56,270 nt of DNA from Candidatus Eiseniibacteriota bacterium (GCA_043809585.1 JBDROZ010000097.1:1-56270), one strand, 5' to 3'. Shown: positions 33,451-46,278, counted from the stretch's first letter. Numbers and translations are program-made. The notes: a model not told the origin generated them from the letters alone.

Positions 33451-34419
33451 TCACCGTTCAAAATAAGTGATCACGCTCTTGATCAGGTCGTCGAGGGCGA
33501 CGACGGGCTCGAAACCGACCGTCTCCCGGACCCGGGAGAGGTCCGGCACGCGCCGGCGCATATCCTCGAAACCCTGTTCGTAGGCCTTTTCGTAGGGGAC
33601 GTGCTCGATCTTCGACGTGGAGCCGGTGAGGGCGATCACCCTCTCCGCGAGCTCTTCGATGGAGATTTCCGTGTCGGCGCCGATGTTGAAGATCTTCCCG
33701 ACGGCGGCGTCGGACCGGGCGAGACGCATGACTCCTTCCACCACGTCGTAGACCGAGGAGAAGCAGCGGCTCTGTTTGCCGTCGCCGTACACCGTGATCG
33801 GCTGGCCGAGGAGCGCCTGTTTGACGAACCGGGGGAGCACCATGCCGTACTGCCCGGTCTGCCGGGGGCCGCAGGTGTTGAAGCAGCGGACGATCACCAC
33901 GGGCACCTTCTTCTCCCGGTGGTAGGCGAGGGCGAGGATCTCGTCCACCGCCTTGGTCGCCGCGTAGCTCCACCGGTTGATCGTGGTCGAGCCCATGACC
34001 CGGTCCTGCTCTTCCGAGAAGGGGAGGGAGTTCGATTTTCCGTACACCTCCGACGTCGAGAAGAAGACCACCTTCTTCTTGAACCGATTCGCCTGCTCGA
34101 ACACGATCTCGGTTCCGCGAATGTTGATCTGGATCGACTTGAGTATGTTCTCGATGACATAGGCGACGCCGACGGCCGCGGCGAGGTGGTAGACCACGTC
34201 GACCTCCTCGATCAGGTCGGCCATGGCCTCCTCGTTCAGGATCGTGTCGATCACGTACCGGAAGTTCGGATGCCCTTCAAGATGGGCGATGTTCTCGAAC
34301 GACCCCGTCGAGAGATCGTCGATGATCGTGACCTCTTCGCCGTCGCTTAGGAGGCGCTCCGCCAGATGGGAGCCGATGAATCCCGCCCCGCCGGTGATGA
34401 GGGCCCGTGTCTTCGCCAT
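33451..34419 (-). CDS. NAD-dependent epimerase/dehydratase (extended SDR)
   Basis: TGGAGFIGSHL, HLAAAVGV, STSEVYGK, YAATK. Confidence 0.92.
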   Translation of the reverse strand: MAKTRALITGGAGFIGSHLAERLLSDGEEVTIIDDLSTGSFENIAHLEGHPNFRYVIDTILNEEAMADLIEEVDVVYHLAAAVGVAYVIENILKSIQINIRGTEIVFEQANRFKKKVVFFSTSEVYGKSNSLPFSEEQDRVMGSTTINRWSYAATKAVDEILALAYHREKKVPVVIVRCFNTCGPRQTGQYGMVLPRFVKQALLGQPITVYGDGKQSRCFSSVYDVVEGVMRLARSDAAVGKIFNIGADTEISIEELAERVIALTGSTSKIEHVPYEKAYEQGFEDMRRRVPDLSRVRETVGFEPVVALDDLIKSVITYFER

Positions 34420-34428
34420 CGGAATGTC

Positions 34429-35574
34429 CTATCCTTTCGAACCGCCGCGGCCCGCCGCCTTGCCCAGCCCCTCCCCGACCTCGAAGGCGACACGCCGGGC
34501 GTCGTCGTCCGTCAGCTCCGGATGGATCGGGAGACAAAGAACCTCCCGCGCCGCTCTCTCCGCCTCGGGAAAGGCCCCGAACCGCCCCGCAAAGACGGGC
34601 TGCTGGTGGATCCCCGCCGGGTAGTGGATCGACGTCGCGATTCTCCTTTCCCCGAGGCGCCCCTGCAACTCATTTCTCCCGGCGACGCGGATCGCGAACT
34701 GATGGTAGACGTGCTTCGAGCCGGCCGGCTCGAAAGGAAGCCGGGCCGTTGAATCGGCGAGGGCCTCTCGATAGAGATTCGCGAGAGCGCGGCGCCGGTC
34801 GTTCCACCCGTCCAGGAGCGGGAGCTTGATGGAGAGGATCGCCGCCTGCATCGCGTCGAGCCGGCTGTTCCACCCGAAGGAGGAGTGCTCGTACCTTCCC
34901 GTCTGTCCGTGGTCCCGGAGCCGCCGCACGAGCCGGGCCACGTCATCCCGGGAAGTCGTCACGAGGCCGCCGTCACCGCAGGCGCCGAGGTTCTTCGTCG
35001 GATAGAACGAGAAGGCGGCCCCGTCACCGAGGGCGCCCGCCTTCACCCCGTCCGCCTCGGCGCCGAACGCCTGGGCGGCGTCCTCCACGATGGCGATCTC
35101 CCGGCCCCGGGTGGCCTCACGGATCGCGGCGACCGGGGCGGGCAGCCCGTACAGATGGACCGGGACCACGGCGCGGGTCTTCTCCGTGATCGCCGCCGCC
35201 ACACCCTCGGCGGAGACATTGAACGTCACTCCGTCGATGTCGACCAGGACGGGAACGGCCCCCACCCGGTCGATCGCCTCGGCGATGGCGAAGAAGCTGT
35301 ACGCGGGGGTGATCACCTCGTCCCCCGGCCGGACGCCGGCCGCCCGGAGCGTGAGATCGAGGGCGTCCGTCCCGGAGGCGACGCCGATCGCGTGTTTCAC
35401 TCCCAGATAGGCGGCCGCCTCCTCTTCGAAGCGCTCCACCGCGGCGCCGAGCACGAAAGCGCCCGAATCGAGGAGTTCCCCCAATGCCCGGAGGATCGGC
35501 TCCTTCAGGTCACGATGCTGGGCGGGAAGATCGAGAATCGGTACGGGATGCCCCGCGGCCTGGTTCTTTTCCAT
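34429..35574 (-). CDS. DegT/DnrJ/EryC1/StrS-family PLP-dependent aminotransferase
   Basis: SGTDAL, PVHLYG, EDAAQA, SFYPTKNLG, NSRLD. Confidence 0.93.
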   Translation of the reverse strand: MEKNQAAGHPVPILDLPAQHRDLKEPILRALGELLDSGAFVLGAAVERFEEEAAAYLGVKHAIGVASGTDALDLTLRAAGVRPGDEVITPAYSFFAIAEAIDRVGAVPVLVDIDGVTFNVSAEGVAAAITEKTRAVVPVHLYGLPAPVAAIREATRGREIAIVEDAAQAFGAEADGVKAGALGDGAAFSFYPTKNLGACGDGGLVTTSRDDVARLVRRLRDHGQTGRYEHSSFGWNSRLDAMQAAILSIKLPLLDGWNDRRRALANLYREALADSTARLPFEPAGSKHVYHQFAIRVAGRNELQGRLGERRIATSIHYPAGIHQQPVFAGRFGAFPEAERAAREVLCLPIHPELTDDDARRVAFEVGEGLGKAAGRGGSKG

Positions 35575-35639
35575 AAGAGCGGGAGTTTACCACAGGCGGG
35601 GGCCCGGGGATACCATCCCGTTCCGCGACGATTCGGAGT

Positions 35640-36581
<942 letters not shown>

Positions 36582-36657
36582 ATCGAAACCTCCCCCGGGG
36601 GCGGGGCGCCGCTCCCGATCGGTTCAGGGTCTTTCGTCGTTCGCGCCGGCGGGACGC

Positions 36658-37965
36658 CTACGGCCTCCCCACCGAGTAATAAGTGAACCCCGACTCGCGC
36701 ACCTTGCGCGGCTCGTACACGTTCCGGCAATCGACGAGGACCGGTGCCGCCATGATGTTCTTCAGCTCCCCGAGGTCGAGCTCCCGGAATTCGTTCCATT
36801 CGGTCATGAGCACGAGGACGTCGGCGCCCGTCGCGGCGTCTTGGATCGATTCGGCGAGAGGGAGGTCCGGCATCTCCCGGAGGCCGTTCGGCCCCGCCAC
36901 GGGGTCGAAGGCCCGCACGTCCGCCCCCCACTCCCGGAGAAGGCCGATGACGGCGAGGGCGGGCGACTCCCGCACGTCGTCCGTGTTCGGCTTGAAGGCG
37001 ATCCCGAGGACGCCCACCTTCTTCCCCCTCACGTCGCCGCCGACGGCGGCCTTCACCTTCTCCGCCATGACGCCCCGGAGCCGGTTGTTGAGCTCCACGA
37101 CCGCCCGGGTGATGGTCGGATCGACGCCCGCCTTCTCGCCGATCTGAATCAGAGCGCGGGTGTCCTTCGGGAAACAGGAGCCGCCGAATCCGGCGCCGGC
37201 GTGAAGGAACTTGGAACCGATCCGCTTGTCGAGCCCCATCCCCTTCGCGACGATGGAGACGTCCGCCCCGACCCGGTCGCAGATGCCGGCGATCTCGTTG
37301 ATGAAGGAGATCTTGGTGGCGAGAAAGGCGTTGGACGCGTACTTGATCATCTCCGACGTGGCCACGTCGGTCTTCACGATCGGTGTCTCGAGGAGATAGA
37401 GGGGCTCGTAGATTTCGGAAATCATCCGCATCGCCTTCGGGCTCTCGGTGCCGACGATGATCCGGTCCGGGCGCATGAAGTCCTGGATCGCGCTCCCCTC
37501 CCGGAGGAACTCGGGATTGGAGACGACGTCGAACTCGTGCTCCCCGGTCAGGTTCTCCCGAATGATCCCCGCCACCATCCCGCCCGTCCCGATCGGCACG
37601 GTGCTCTTGGTGACGATCACCTTGTACCCGTTGAGGGCGCGGCCGATGTCCCGGGCCACGTCCTTCACGAAAGTGAGGTCCGCGTTTCCGGCCCCGTCGC
37701 TCGGCGTTCCGACGGCGATGAAGATCACCTCCGCCCCCTGCACCCCCGACTCGACGGAAGTGGAGAAGAGGAGCCGCCTCCCGGCGGTGTTCCGTCTCAC
37801 CATTTCCTCGAGTCCCGGCTCGTAGAAGGGTATCTTTCCGGACTGGAGCCCCCGGATCTTCTCTTCGTCCACATCCACGCAGGTGACTCGGTTGCCGAAG
37901 TCGGCGAGGCAGGTCCCGGTGACGAGTCCGACGTAACCGGTGCCGACCACACAGATCTTTTTCAT
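36658..37965 (-). CDS. ugd: UDP-glucose 6-dehydrogenase
   Basis: [47 protein letters not shown]. Confidence 0.95.
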   Translation of the reverse strand: MKKICVVGTGYVGLVTGTCLADFGNRVTCVDVDEEKIRGLQSGKIPFYEPGLEEMVRRNTAGRRLLFSTSVESGVQGAEVIFIAVGTPSDGAGNADLTFVKDVARDIGRALNGYKVIVTKSTVPIGTGGMVAGIIRENLTGEHEFDVVSNPEFLREGSAIQDFMRPDRIIVGTESPKAMRMISEIYEPLYLLETPIVKTDVATSEMIKYASNAFLATKISFINEIAGICDRVGADVSIVAKGMGLDKRIGSKFLHAGAGFGGSCFPKDTRALIQIGEKAGVDPTITRAVVELNNRLRGVMAEKVKAAVGGDVRGKKVGVLGIAFKPNTDDVRESPALAVIGLLREWGADVRAFDPVAGPNGLREMPDLPLAESIQDAATGADVLVLMTEWNEFRELDLGELKNIMAAPVLVDCRNVYEPRKVRESGFTYYSVGRP

Positions 37966-38093
37966 GGGTCCTCCCTCGAAGCGCTCCGGGCGCGCGCGGC
38001 CGATCCCTGGAGTTCAGGTTCGCCATTGTCTCAGGGCGCTCACGGTAAAGTCAATGACGAATGAGGCTTTGCCGTGCTAGGCTCGGGGCCGCC

Positions 38094-39164
38094 ATGGGTG
38101 TTTTCTACCGCAATCTACTCCGTCCCCTCCTCTTCCGCGCCGACCCGGAGCGGGTGCACCGCGCCGCCTTGGCCGCTCTCCCCCTCCTGCCCGGCCGACG
38201 CCCCCCCGAGGGGGCCCGGCTCGGGATCCGAGTGGCGGGAGTCCCCTTCGTCCACCCCGTCGGCCTCGCCGCCGGCTACGACAAGGAGGGGACCGGCGCC
38301 GGGCTCTTCGGCCGCCTCGGTTTCGGACACGTCGAAGTGGGCACCGTCACCCCCCGGCCCCAAACGGGGAACCCCGCGCCCCGGCTCTTCCGGGTCCCCG
38401 AGAAAGGGGCGGTGGTGAACCGGATGGGATTCAACAACCCGGGGGCCGAAGCGGTGGCCCGGAACCTGGCGGCCCGGTTCGCGGCGGACGGGCGGACGAT
38501 CCGGATCGGCGTGAACGCGGGAAAGCAGAAGGAGACGCCCCTCGAGGAGGCGGCGGCGGATTACCGGGCGGTGATCGGCCGGCTCCTCCCCTTCGCCGAT
38601 TACCTGGTGATCAACATCAGCTCGCCGAACACGCCGGGTCTCCGATCCCTGGAGGAAGCCGAGTTCCTCCGGCCCCTCCTCGAGTCGGCCCGGGAGGAAG
38701 CGGAACGCGCGGCCGGGGCGGCCGGAACGAATCGCCCTCCCCTCTTCGCCAAACTCTCCCCCGATCTCCCGGCGGACCGTCTCGAAGCGGCGGCGGACGC
38801 CGCGCGGGCGGCCCGGTTCGACGGCGTGGTCGTGACGAACACGACCGTGGACCACTCGGCGGTGGCGGGGATTCTGGACGAGGAGGGGGGCCTTTCGGGG
38901 CGGCCTCTCGCGGCGCGGGCCCTCGAGGCGGTCCGGGTCGTGCGGAAGGGGGTCGCCGGAGAGCTCGCGATCATCGGCGTGGGGGGCGTGTTCTCGGGGG
39001 CCGACGCCTACGAGAGGATCCGGGCCGGCGCCTCCCTCGTTCAGATCTACACGGCTCTGGTCTACGAAGGCCCCGGGCTCGTCCGGCGCATGGTGCGCGA
39101 CCTGGACCGGCTCCTCGCGCGGGACGGCTTCCGGAATGTGGAGGAGGCGGTGGGGACGGAGTAG
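38094..39164 (+). CDS. pyrD: Quinone-dependent dihydroorotate dehydrogenase (class 2)
   Basis: GLAAGYDK, GNPAPRLFR, NRMGFNN, NISSPNTPGLR, GGLSG, QIYTALVYEGP. Confidence 0.95.
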   Translation: MGVFYRNLLRPLLFRADPERVHRAALAALPLLPGRRPPEGARLGIRVAGVPFVHPVGLAAGYDKEGTGAGLFGRLGFGHVEVGTVTPRPQTGNPAPRLFRVPEKGAVVNRMGFNNPGAEAVARNLAARFAADGRTIRIGVNAGKQKETPLEEAAADYRAVIGRLLPFADYLVINISSPNTPGLRSLEEAEFLRPLLESAREEAERAAGAAGTNRPPLFAKLSPDLPADRLEAAADAARAARFDGVVVTNTTVDHSAVAGILDEEGGLSGRPLAARALEAVRVVRKGVAGELAIIGVGGVFSGADAYERIRAGASLVQIYTALVYEGPGLVRRMVRDLDRLLARDGFRNVEEAVGTE

Positions 39165-39185
39165 GGCCGCGATCCGCGGCCACTG

Positions 39186-39647
39186 TCAGTCGCCTTCCCG
39201 ATCCTCGCCAGTGCCTCCCCCTTCCCCTCCCTTCGTCCACTCCCTGAGAAGCGACAGGTCCCCGGGGGAGAGCCGGGCGTCGGGGTGGAGACGGAGGTAT
39301 TTCCCGAGGGGCATCCCCCCTTCCGACACTTCCGTCCAGATCTCCTCGAGGTCGTGATTCCTCTTTCCCGGGGAGAGGCCGTCCCAGACGGAAAAGTTCA
39401 GCCGGCCCCGCGCCTCGTGGACATCGTGGGCGACGAGCCACGACACGGGGGCGACCTTGGAGTACCAGGGCCACCGGGTCTCGTGGGAGTGGCAGTCGAA
39501 GCAGGATCGCCGGAGAAGGGAGAGCACGTCGTCCGGGGCGGCGATCTCCGATCTCCCCGGAGGGTTGGTCCGGTCGACCGGCACGAACTGGATGCCCGCG
39601 ATTCCCGCCGCCGCCAGCACGGCCGCCCGCTTCAACGACTTCTTCAT
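39186..39647 (-). CDS. Heme-binding domain protein (monoheme cytochrome c-like)
   Basis: Signal/TM segment, SCFDCHS, WPWYS..APVSWL, LNFS, MP...Y...H. Confidence 0.85.
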   Translation of the reverse strand: MKKSLKRAAVLAAAGIAGIQFVPVDRTNPPGRSEIAAPDDVLSLLRRSCFDCHSHETRWPWYSKVAPVSWLVAHDVHEARGRLNFSVWDGLSPGKRNHDLEEIWTEVSEGGMPLGKYLRLHPDARLSPGDLSLLREWTKGGEGGGTGEDREGD

Positions 39648-39675
39648 GAGATGGGCCTCGTTCTTCCCTTTCGGT

Positions 39676-40074
39676 TCAGAGATCCCGGGCCGAGGGGTCG
39701 GGCGTGAAGCTGTCTGCGACGAGCCACCAGCGGCCGCTCCGGCGGATCAGCACCATCAGGTCCCGGCCCCGGGGATTCACGCGTTCCCCCTCCCGCTCCC
39801 CCGCGAGGGAGTACCGGTAGGCGACCACGGCGGTCCGATCGTACACGCGGACGGCCCGGTCCCGGGTTTCCCAGGAGAGGATCTTCGTGCCCTTCGCGTA
39901 GGCGGTCCACGCCGCGACACACTCCTTCCCCCCGATCAGGGGCTCCTGGTCTCCCGGTGTGACGGCGATCATGGACTCGTGAAAGAAACCGGCGAGATCC
40001 GCCGGGTCCCCGGCGGTCCAGCACGCGTTCAGGGCCTCCACAGTTTCCCATACTTCGCGTTCCGTCTCGTCCAT
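39676..40074 (-). CDS. NTF2/SnoaL-like (DUF4440) protein
   Basis: N-terminal helix ending W..GD...L, VRVYDRTAVV, GRDLMVL...GRWWLV. Confidence 0.75.
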   Translation of the reverse strand: MDETEREVWETVEALNACWTAGDPADLAGFFHESMIAVTPGDQEPLIGGKECVAAWTAYAKGTKILSWETRDRAVRVYDRTAVVAYRYSLAGEREGERVNPRGRDLMVLIRRSGRWWLVADSFTPDPSARDL

Positions 40075-40116
40075 ACTCCTTTTCTCTGTCCCCCGGCGGC
40101 GAACCCCGCCCCCCGG

Positions 40117-40485
40117 TCACGCCTGCCTGATCTTGGAGCCCCTATTGTACCCCGCCTCGTCGAAGGGCCGGAGCTTCTCGATCCAGATCTCCTCGAGAAG
40201 GGACAGCTCGTCTTCCACGCGAAAGCCGGGGTCGTCCCGGACCTCCACGCTCTCCAAGATCTCGAAGACGAATCGGTCGGCGCCGAATTCGTTCCAGTCC
40301 TCCTGCAGGGCCCGGTTGCGGTGGGCGCCGGTGCTGAGCATGAAGCGGTGGGCGTTCAGCGGGCCGTCGATGTTCAGGCTGCTCCCGAGGAGCACCTTCC
40401 CGTTCGCCTTGTTCTTGATCTGAAAAACCCCGGCGACGCGCTCCCGCTCCTTGTATTCCCTCTTGATGTCTCTTCTCGCCTGCAT
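40117..40485 (-). CDS. Small GIY-YIG-like family protein
   Basis: ATG after AGGAGAGAGG; GVFQIKN...LLGSS, HRNRALQEDWNEFG..FVFEILE, GYN. Confidence 0.75.
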   Translation of the reverse strand: MQARRDIKREYKERERVAGVFQIKNKANGKVLLGSSLNIDGPLNAHRFMLSTGAHRNRALQEDWNEFGADRFVFEILESVEVRDDPGFRVEDELSLLEEIWIEKLRPFDEAGYNRGSKIRQA

Positions 40486-40519
40486 CCGTTCCTCTCTCCT
40501 GGCCGGCACGGCGCCCAAG

Positions 40520-40602
40520 GCACTCTCGCCCGCGGGCCGCATGCAGTCGTACACGAGACGGGAAAGGCGAATTTCGCTCTTCCCGATGACGATCGATTCC
40601 AT
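40520..40602 (-). pseudogene. N-terminal remnant resembling an aldo/keto reductase
   Basis: MESIVIGKSEIRLSRLVYDCMR resembles the AKR start (..G.S.L.VSRL.YGCM). It has a GGGAGG RBS but no further AKR sequence. Confidence 0.45.
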
Positions 40603-40624
40603 GCGCCTCCCGTCCCGTCCCCTT

Positions 40625-40753
40625 CTACGTGATGGCGCCCGGCGACGGTTTGTCCTTCTTCTCCTTCTTCAGCTTCCGTTTCTCCTTGAGCGTGTGTTGG
40701 GCCTTCTTCTGTTCTTCCCTCTTCCCCTTGTCTTTCTTCCCTTTGTCCGCCAT
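40625..40753 (-). CDS. Small lysine-rich protein (42 aa)
   Basis: MADKGKKDKGKREEQKKAQHTLKEKRKLKKEKK after a strong AAGGAG RBS; candidate promoter CTGACG-17 bp-TATTCT upstream. Confidence 0.65.
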   Translation of the reverse strand: MADKGKKDKGKREEQKKAQHTLKEKRKLKKEKKDKPSPGAIT

Positions 40754-41022
40754 GTTCGGTTCTCCTTGCCCGAAACCCCTCGGTTGGTCAGAACTCGTTT
40801 CAAAACCCCGAGAACAGAATAGCAAAAAAGGGGCGCGCCGTCAGGGGCCCCGGCGGGCGAAGGTCATCCTTCGGTGGAACGCTTCCGAAGCGAGCCTACC
40901 CGTTCCGCGGCCTCCTGTGCAGGGGAATCCCGGCTTCCGCGGTTTCGTTCCGTCGATGAATGTTCGAAAGGCGACGGGAGAACCGTCGAGGGGGAGAGGG
41001 GAATCGAAGGTGTTGTGGCGTC

Positions 41023-43167
<2,145 letters not shown>

Positions 43168-43322
43168 ACACCCGGCTCACCCGGGAGAACGGCACGCACC
43201 TTCTCCTTTCCGAGATTTCGGCATTTTGGAAGATGGACTTGAGCCGGCCGAGCCGAGCCTTCGGCGTCAGGGAGCCGCCGGGCCAGGTGCTGCGAGACGC
43301 GGGACTTCAGGACAGGATCTAA

Positions 43323-43509
43323 CCTTGATTCTCCATAAAATCTCGGCTCAAAACGCTGACGCTCGCATGATAGCACGCCATCTGCGACAGTGCTCGCATT
43401 CACCAATGCTCACATATCTTTGGATATGCTCTGCTTGGTGAATGCTGCGCGCTGCCGCATCTGGCGCACTCTCACGCGTTTGCTCTCGAGATTTTATGGA
43501 GAATCAAGG
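43323..43509. mobile_element. 187-bp MITE-like palindromic element
   Basis: Perfect 23-bp terminal inverted repeats ccttgattctccataaaatctcg (43323-43345/43487-43509), nested internal inverted repeats, lower GC than flanks, no credible ORF. Confidence 0.8.
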
Positions 43510-43532
43510 CTAACTTTCAATAGTCAGAGAAG

Positions 43533-44309
43533 TCACCGGAACTCGAGGACCTCCGTCTCCCGGTGCTGCTCGGCCAGGATGATCTTGGTCCTGTTGCCGT
43601 TCTCCCGGAGGGCCTCCCGGGCGGTATCCATGGCGAGGCCGGGCCGATTGTTCTCCGCCGAGAGGTGGGCGAGGACCACCGCCTCGAGACCGTCATGGCG
43701 GGCGGAGGCGAGGGCCGACCGGGAGTCCCCGTTCGACAGGTGCCCGTGCCGGCTCCGGATCCTCTCCTTCAGATACCATGGGTACGGCCCGTTTATGAGG
43801 AGCTCCTCGTCGTGGTTCGACTCCAGGACGAGGACCCGCACCCCGCCGATCGCCTCCCGCACGCCGTCGTCGACCGTTCCGAGATCGGTGGCGAAGGCGG
43901 CGTCCCCTTCTTCCGCCCCGATCCGGAATCCGACCGGATCGGCGGCGTCGTGACAGACCCGGAAGGGGGTGATCCTGAAAGGGCCGACGGCGAAGGGGCG
44001 GCCCGGCTCGACGGGACGGACGTGATCCCGCCCGGCTCGGAAGGGGAGGGTCTCCCCGGTCGCGGCGGTCCCGTAGATCGGGACCGGGCATCCCTTCCGG
44101 AAGACCTCGAGACCGGCCGTGTGGTCCCGGTGCTCGTGGGTGAGGAGAATCCCCTCGATCGCTCCGGGGGAGACCCCGACCCGCCCGAGGGCCCTCCGGA
44201 TCCGGAGGGAGGAGATCCCGCAGTCGATCAGCACGTAGGATCCGCCCGACCCGATCAGATGGGCGTTCCCGCTCGACCCGCTCGCGAAGGAACAGAGGGT
44301 AAGGCTCAT
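43533..44309 (-). CDS. MBL-fold metallohydrolase (YycJ/WalJ-like)
   Basis: ASGSSGN, THEHRDH, HDAADP, LESNHD, GHLSN, AHLSAENN. Confidence 0.9.
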   Translation of the reverse strand: MSLTLCSFASGSSGNAHLIGSGGSYVLIDCGISSLRIRRALGRVGVSPGAIEGILLTHEHRDHTAGLEVFRKGCPVPIYGTAATGETLPFRAGRDHVRPVEPGRPFAVGPFRITPFRVCHDAADPVGFRIGAEEGDAAFATDLGTVDDGVREAIGGVRVLVLESNHDEELLINGPYPWYLKERIRSRHGHLSNGDSRSALASARHDGLEAVVLAHLSAENNRPGLAMDTAREALRENGNRTKIILAEQHRETEVLEFR

Positions 44310-44887
44310 CCGACCTGCGTGCCCCGGCTGCCCGGCTTCCGCAAGGGCTCTCCCTTCGCGCAGACCGGGCAGCGGTCCGGAGGATAAACGTCCAGGGAGA
44401 GGGTGGCCACCGAGCGGAAGGGGACCGGGAACCGCGCCCTCCCTTCGGAGCGGTCGACCAGGGCCGCCGCCGATACGACCCGCGCCCCGAGGGCCACGGC
44501 CATCGAGATCACCTGCCGGAGGGAACCGCCCGTGGTGACCACGTCTTCCACGATGGAAACGTACTCACCGGGCCCCAAACGGAATCCCCGCCGGAGGAGG
44601 AACTCGTCCCCCTTCCGCTCGGCAAACAGAAAACGGAGGCCGAGGGCCCGGGCGGTCTCGTGACCGATGATCATGCCCCCGAGCGCCGGGGCGAGGATCG
44701 TCTCCGGCGCGTCCCCCCGGAGGAGGTCCGCCACCGCCGCGCCGGCCCGCGCCGCGAGATCCGGCCTCGCGAGCATGAGCGCTGACTGAAGATATCGATT
44801 GCTATGCATGCCGGACCGAAGCTGGAAATGCCCCTGGAGAAGCGCCCCCGCCTCTTCGTAAAGTCCGAGAAGCTCCTTGCCGGTCAT
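44306..44887 (-). CDS. pyrE: Orotate phosphoribosyltransferase
   Basis: GHFQLRSGMHS..Y, FAERK, VEDVVTTGGS, KPGSR. Confidence 0.95.
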   Translation of the reverse strand: MTGKELLGLYEEAGALLQGHFQLRSGMHSNRYLQSALMLARPDLAARAGAAVADLLRGDAPETILAPALGGMIIGHETARALGLRFLFAERKGDEFLLRRGFRLGPGEYVSIVEDVVTTGGSLRQVISMAVALGARVVSAAALVDRSEGRARFPVPFRSVATLSLDVYPPDRCPVCAKGEPLRKPGSRGTQVG

Positions 44888-45561
44888 GACGGCCTCCCGC
44901 CGGAACTGATTTCCACCAGAATCCCCTCGAGAGCGGCAAGGGGATCGTGCGCCTTCGTGACCGGCCGACCGACGACGAGAAAATCGGCCCCCGAGGCGAT
45001 GGCCTCCGCAGGCGTCGCCACCCGGGCCTGGTCATGCCGGTCCGCGCCGGCGGGACGGATTCCGGGCGTCACGACCAGGAACTCCCGGCCGAGGGTTTCC
45101 TTGATCGCCCGGGCTTCGAGGGCCGAAGCGACGACGCCATCGGCCCCCGAATCCTGAGACCTCCGGGCGAGGTCGAGCACCCGGGAGGGCACCTCGTCTC
45201 CCTCCGAACTCGTAAGCACCGTAACGGCAAGGATTTTCACCTGGCGATCCCCGCGGGCCGCCACCGCCGCCTCGATCATGGCCGGTCCGCCGGCGGCATG
45301 GAGGGTAAGCATCGACGGTTTCGCCTCGCAGGCGGCCCGGACGGCGCCCGCCACGGTGGCCGGGATATCATGGAATTTGAGATCGAGGAAGACTTCTTTC
45401 CCCTTCGATCGGACCTGATCGACCAGTTTTGGACCATGACGAGTGAACAGTTCCAAGCCGATCTTATAATGTCTCACGCCCCCCGCGAGGCGATCCACGA
45501 GCGCCAGAGCTCCTTGATCGTCAATTCCGTCCAAGGCCACGATAATTCGATTATATTCCAT
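44884..45561 (-). CDS. pyrF: Orotidine-5'-phosphate decarboxylase
   Basis: IIVALD, KIGLEL, FLDLKFHDIPATV, VTVLTS, TPGIRP, DQARVATP, VVGRP. Confidence 0.95.
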   Translation of the reverse strand: MEYNRIIVALDGIDDQGALALVDRLAGGVRHYKIGLELFTRHGPKLVDQVRSKGKEVFLDLKFHDIPATVAGAVRAACEAKPSMLTLHAAGGPAMIEAAVAARGDRQVKILAVTVLTSSEGDEVPSRVLDLARRSQDSGADGVVASALEARAIKETLGREFLVVTPGIRPAGADRHDQARVATPAEAIASGADFLVVGRPVTKAHDPLAALEGILVEISSGGRPS

Positions 45562-45618
45562 GGAGTGAACAGGTAGCACAATCCCGGCCCCGGGGCCATC
45601 GGAAACCTCCCCTATCGG

Positions 45619-45647
45619 TTGACGAATCTAAGAATCGATGCTAATGT
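45619..45647 (+). promoter_or_regulatory. Sigma70-type promoter for the MarR-family gene
   Basis: TTGACG-17 bp-TAATGT with extended TG. A second TTGACT at 45684 and an inverted repeat gagcatg/catgctc (45692-45726) follow. Confidence 0.6.
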
Positions 45648-45798
45648 GTGGACTCGTTTTGGACGATCGTGTTAATATTGGTATTGACTTCGAGCATGAG
45701 ATTCCATAAATAGATGGTACATGCTCAAAGGGTCCTCGTCTCGGTGCCCCCATGGGGGGGGTAAAGAGGGCGATGGACATAAGGTAAAGGAGAGAACC

Positions 45799-46254
45799 AT
45801 GGCAGCTAAGAAGGTGTCTTCAGGGACATGGGAGACACTCTCCCAGTGCTACCAGATGACCCAGAAGCGATGCCGGGACGCCCTGCGGGGGACCGGCCTG
45901 ACTCAGCCCCAGTTCCTCGTGCTGACGCAGATCGCCGAGGAGGAGGGGATTCCCCTCACCCGCATCGGCGAGAACATGCTCGTCACGGGGGGGAATATCA
46001 CCGGGATCATCGACCGCCTCGAGCGGGAGGGCCTGGTGAAGAGGAAGCGCGACCGGGAAGACCGCCGGATCATCCGCGCCTATTTCACGGCGAAGGGGAA
46101 GAAGACGTATCAGCAGGCCCTTCCGTCGTACGACCGTTTTCTCCGCGCCACTTTCGGCGACCTGAGCACGGCGGACCTCGCCAAGCTCCACCGCTCTCTT
46201 GAATCGCTGCACCTGAACCTCTCGGGGAACGGCTCGAACGGGAACGGCTCCTAG
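45799..46254 (+). CDS. MarR-family transcriptional regulator
   Basis: AAGGAG RBS; GLTQPQFLVL, NITGIIDRLEREGLV, DRR...TAKG. Confidence 0.93.
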   Translation: MAAKKVSSGTWETLSQCYQMTQKRCRDALRGTGLTQPQFLVLTQIAEEEGIPLTRIGENMLVTGGNITGIIDRLEREGLVKRKRDREDRRIIRAYFTAKGKKTYQQALPSYDRFLRATFGDLSTADLAKLHRSLESLHLNLSGNGSNGNGS

Positions 46255-46278
46255 AGACGGGGCGACCGCGGAAACGAA

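Noticed and set aside
40117-40485. GIY-YIG protein as a homing endonuclease or as the mobiliser of the repeats
   Set aside because: It is a short stand-alone degenerate type (GVF...LLG) and is not flanked by any of the repeat families.
40789-40810. cagaactcgtttcaaaacccc resembling an IS terminal repeat
   Set aside because: No partner inverted repeat or transposase was seen, and it is too short to support.
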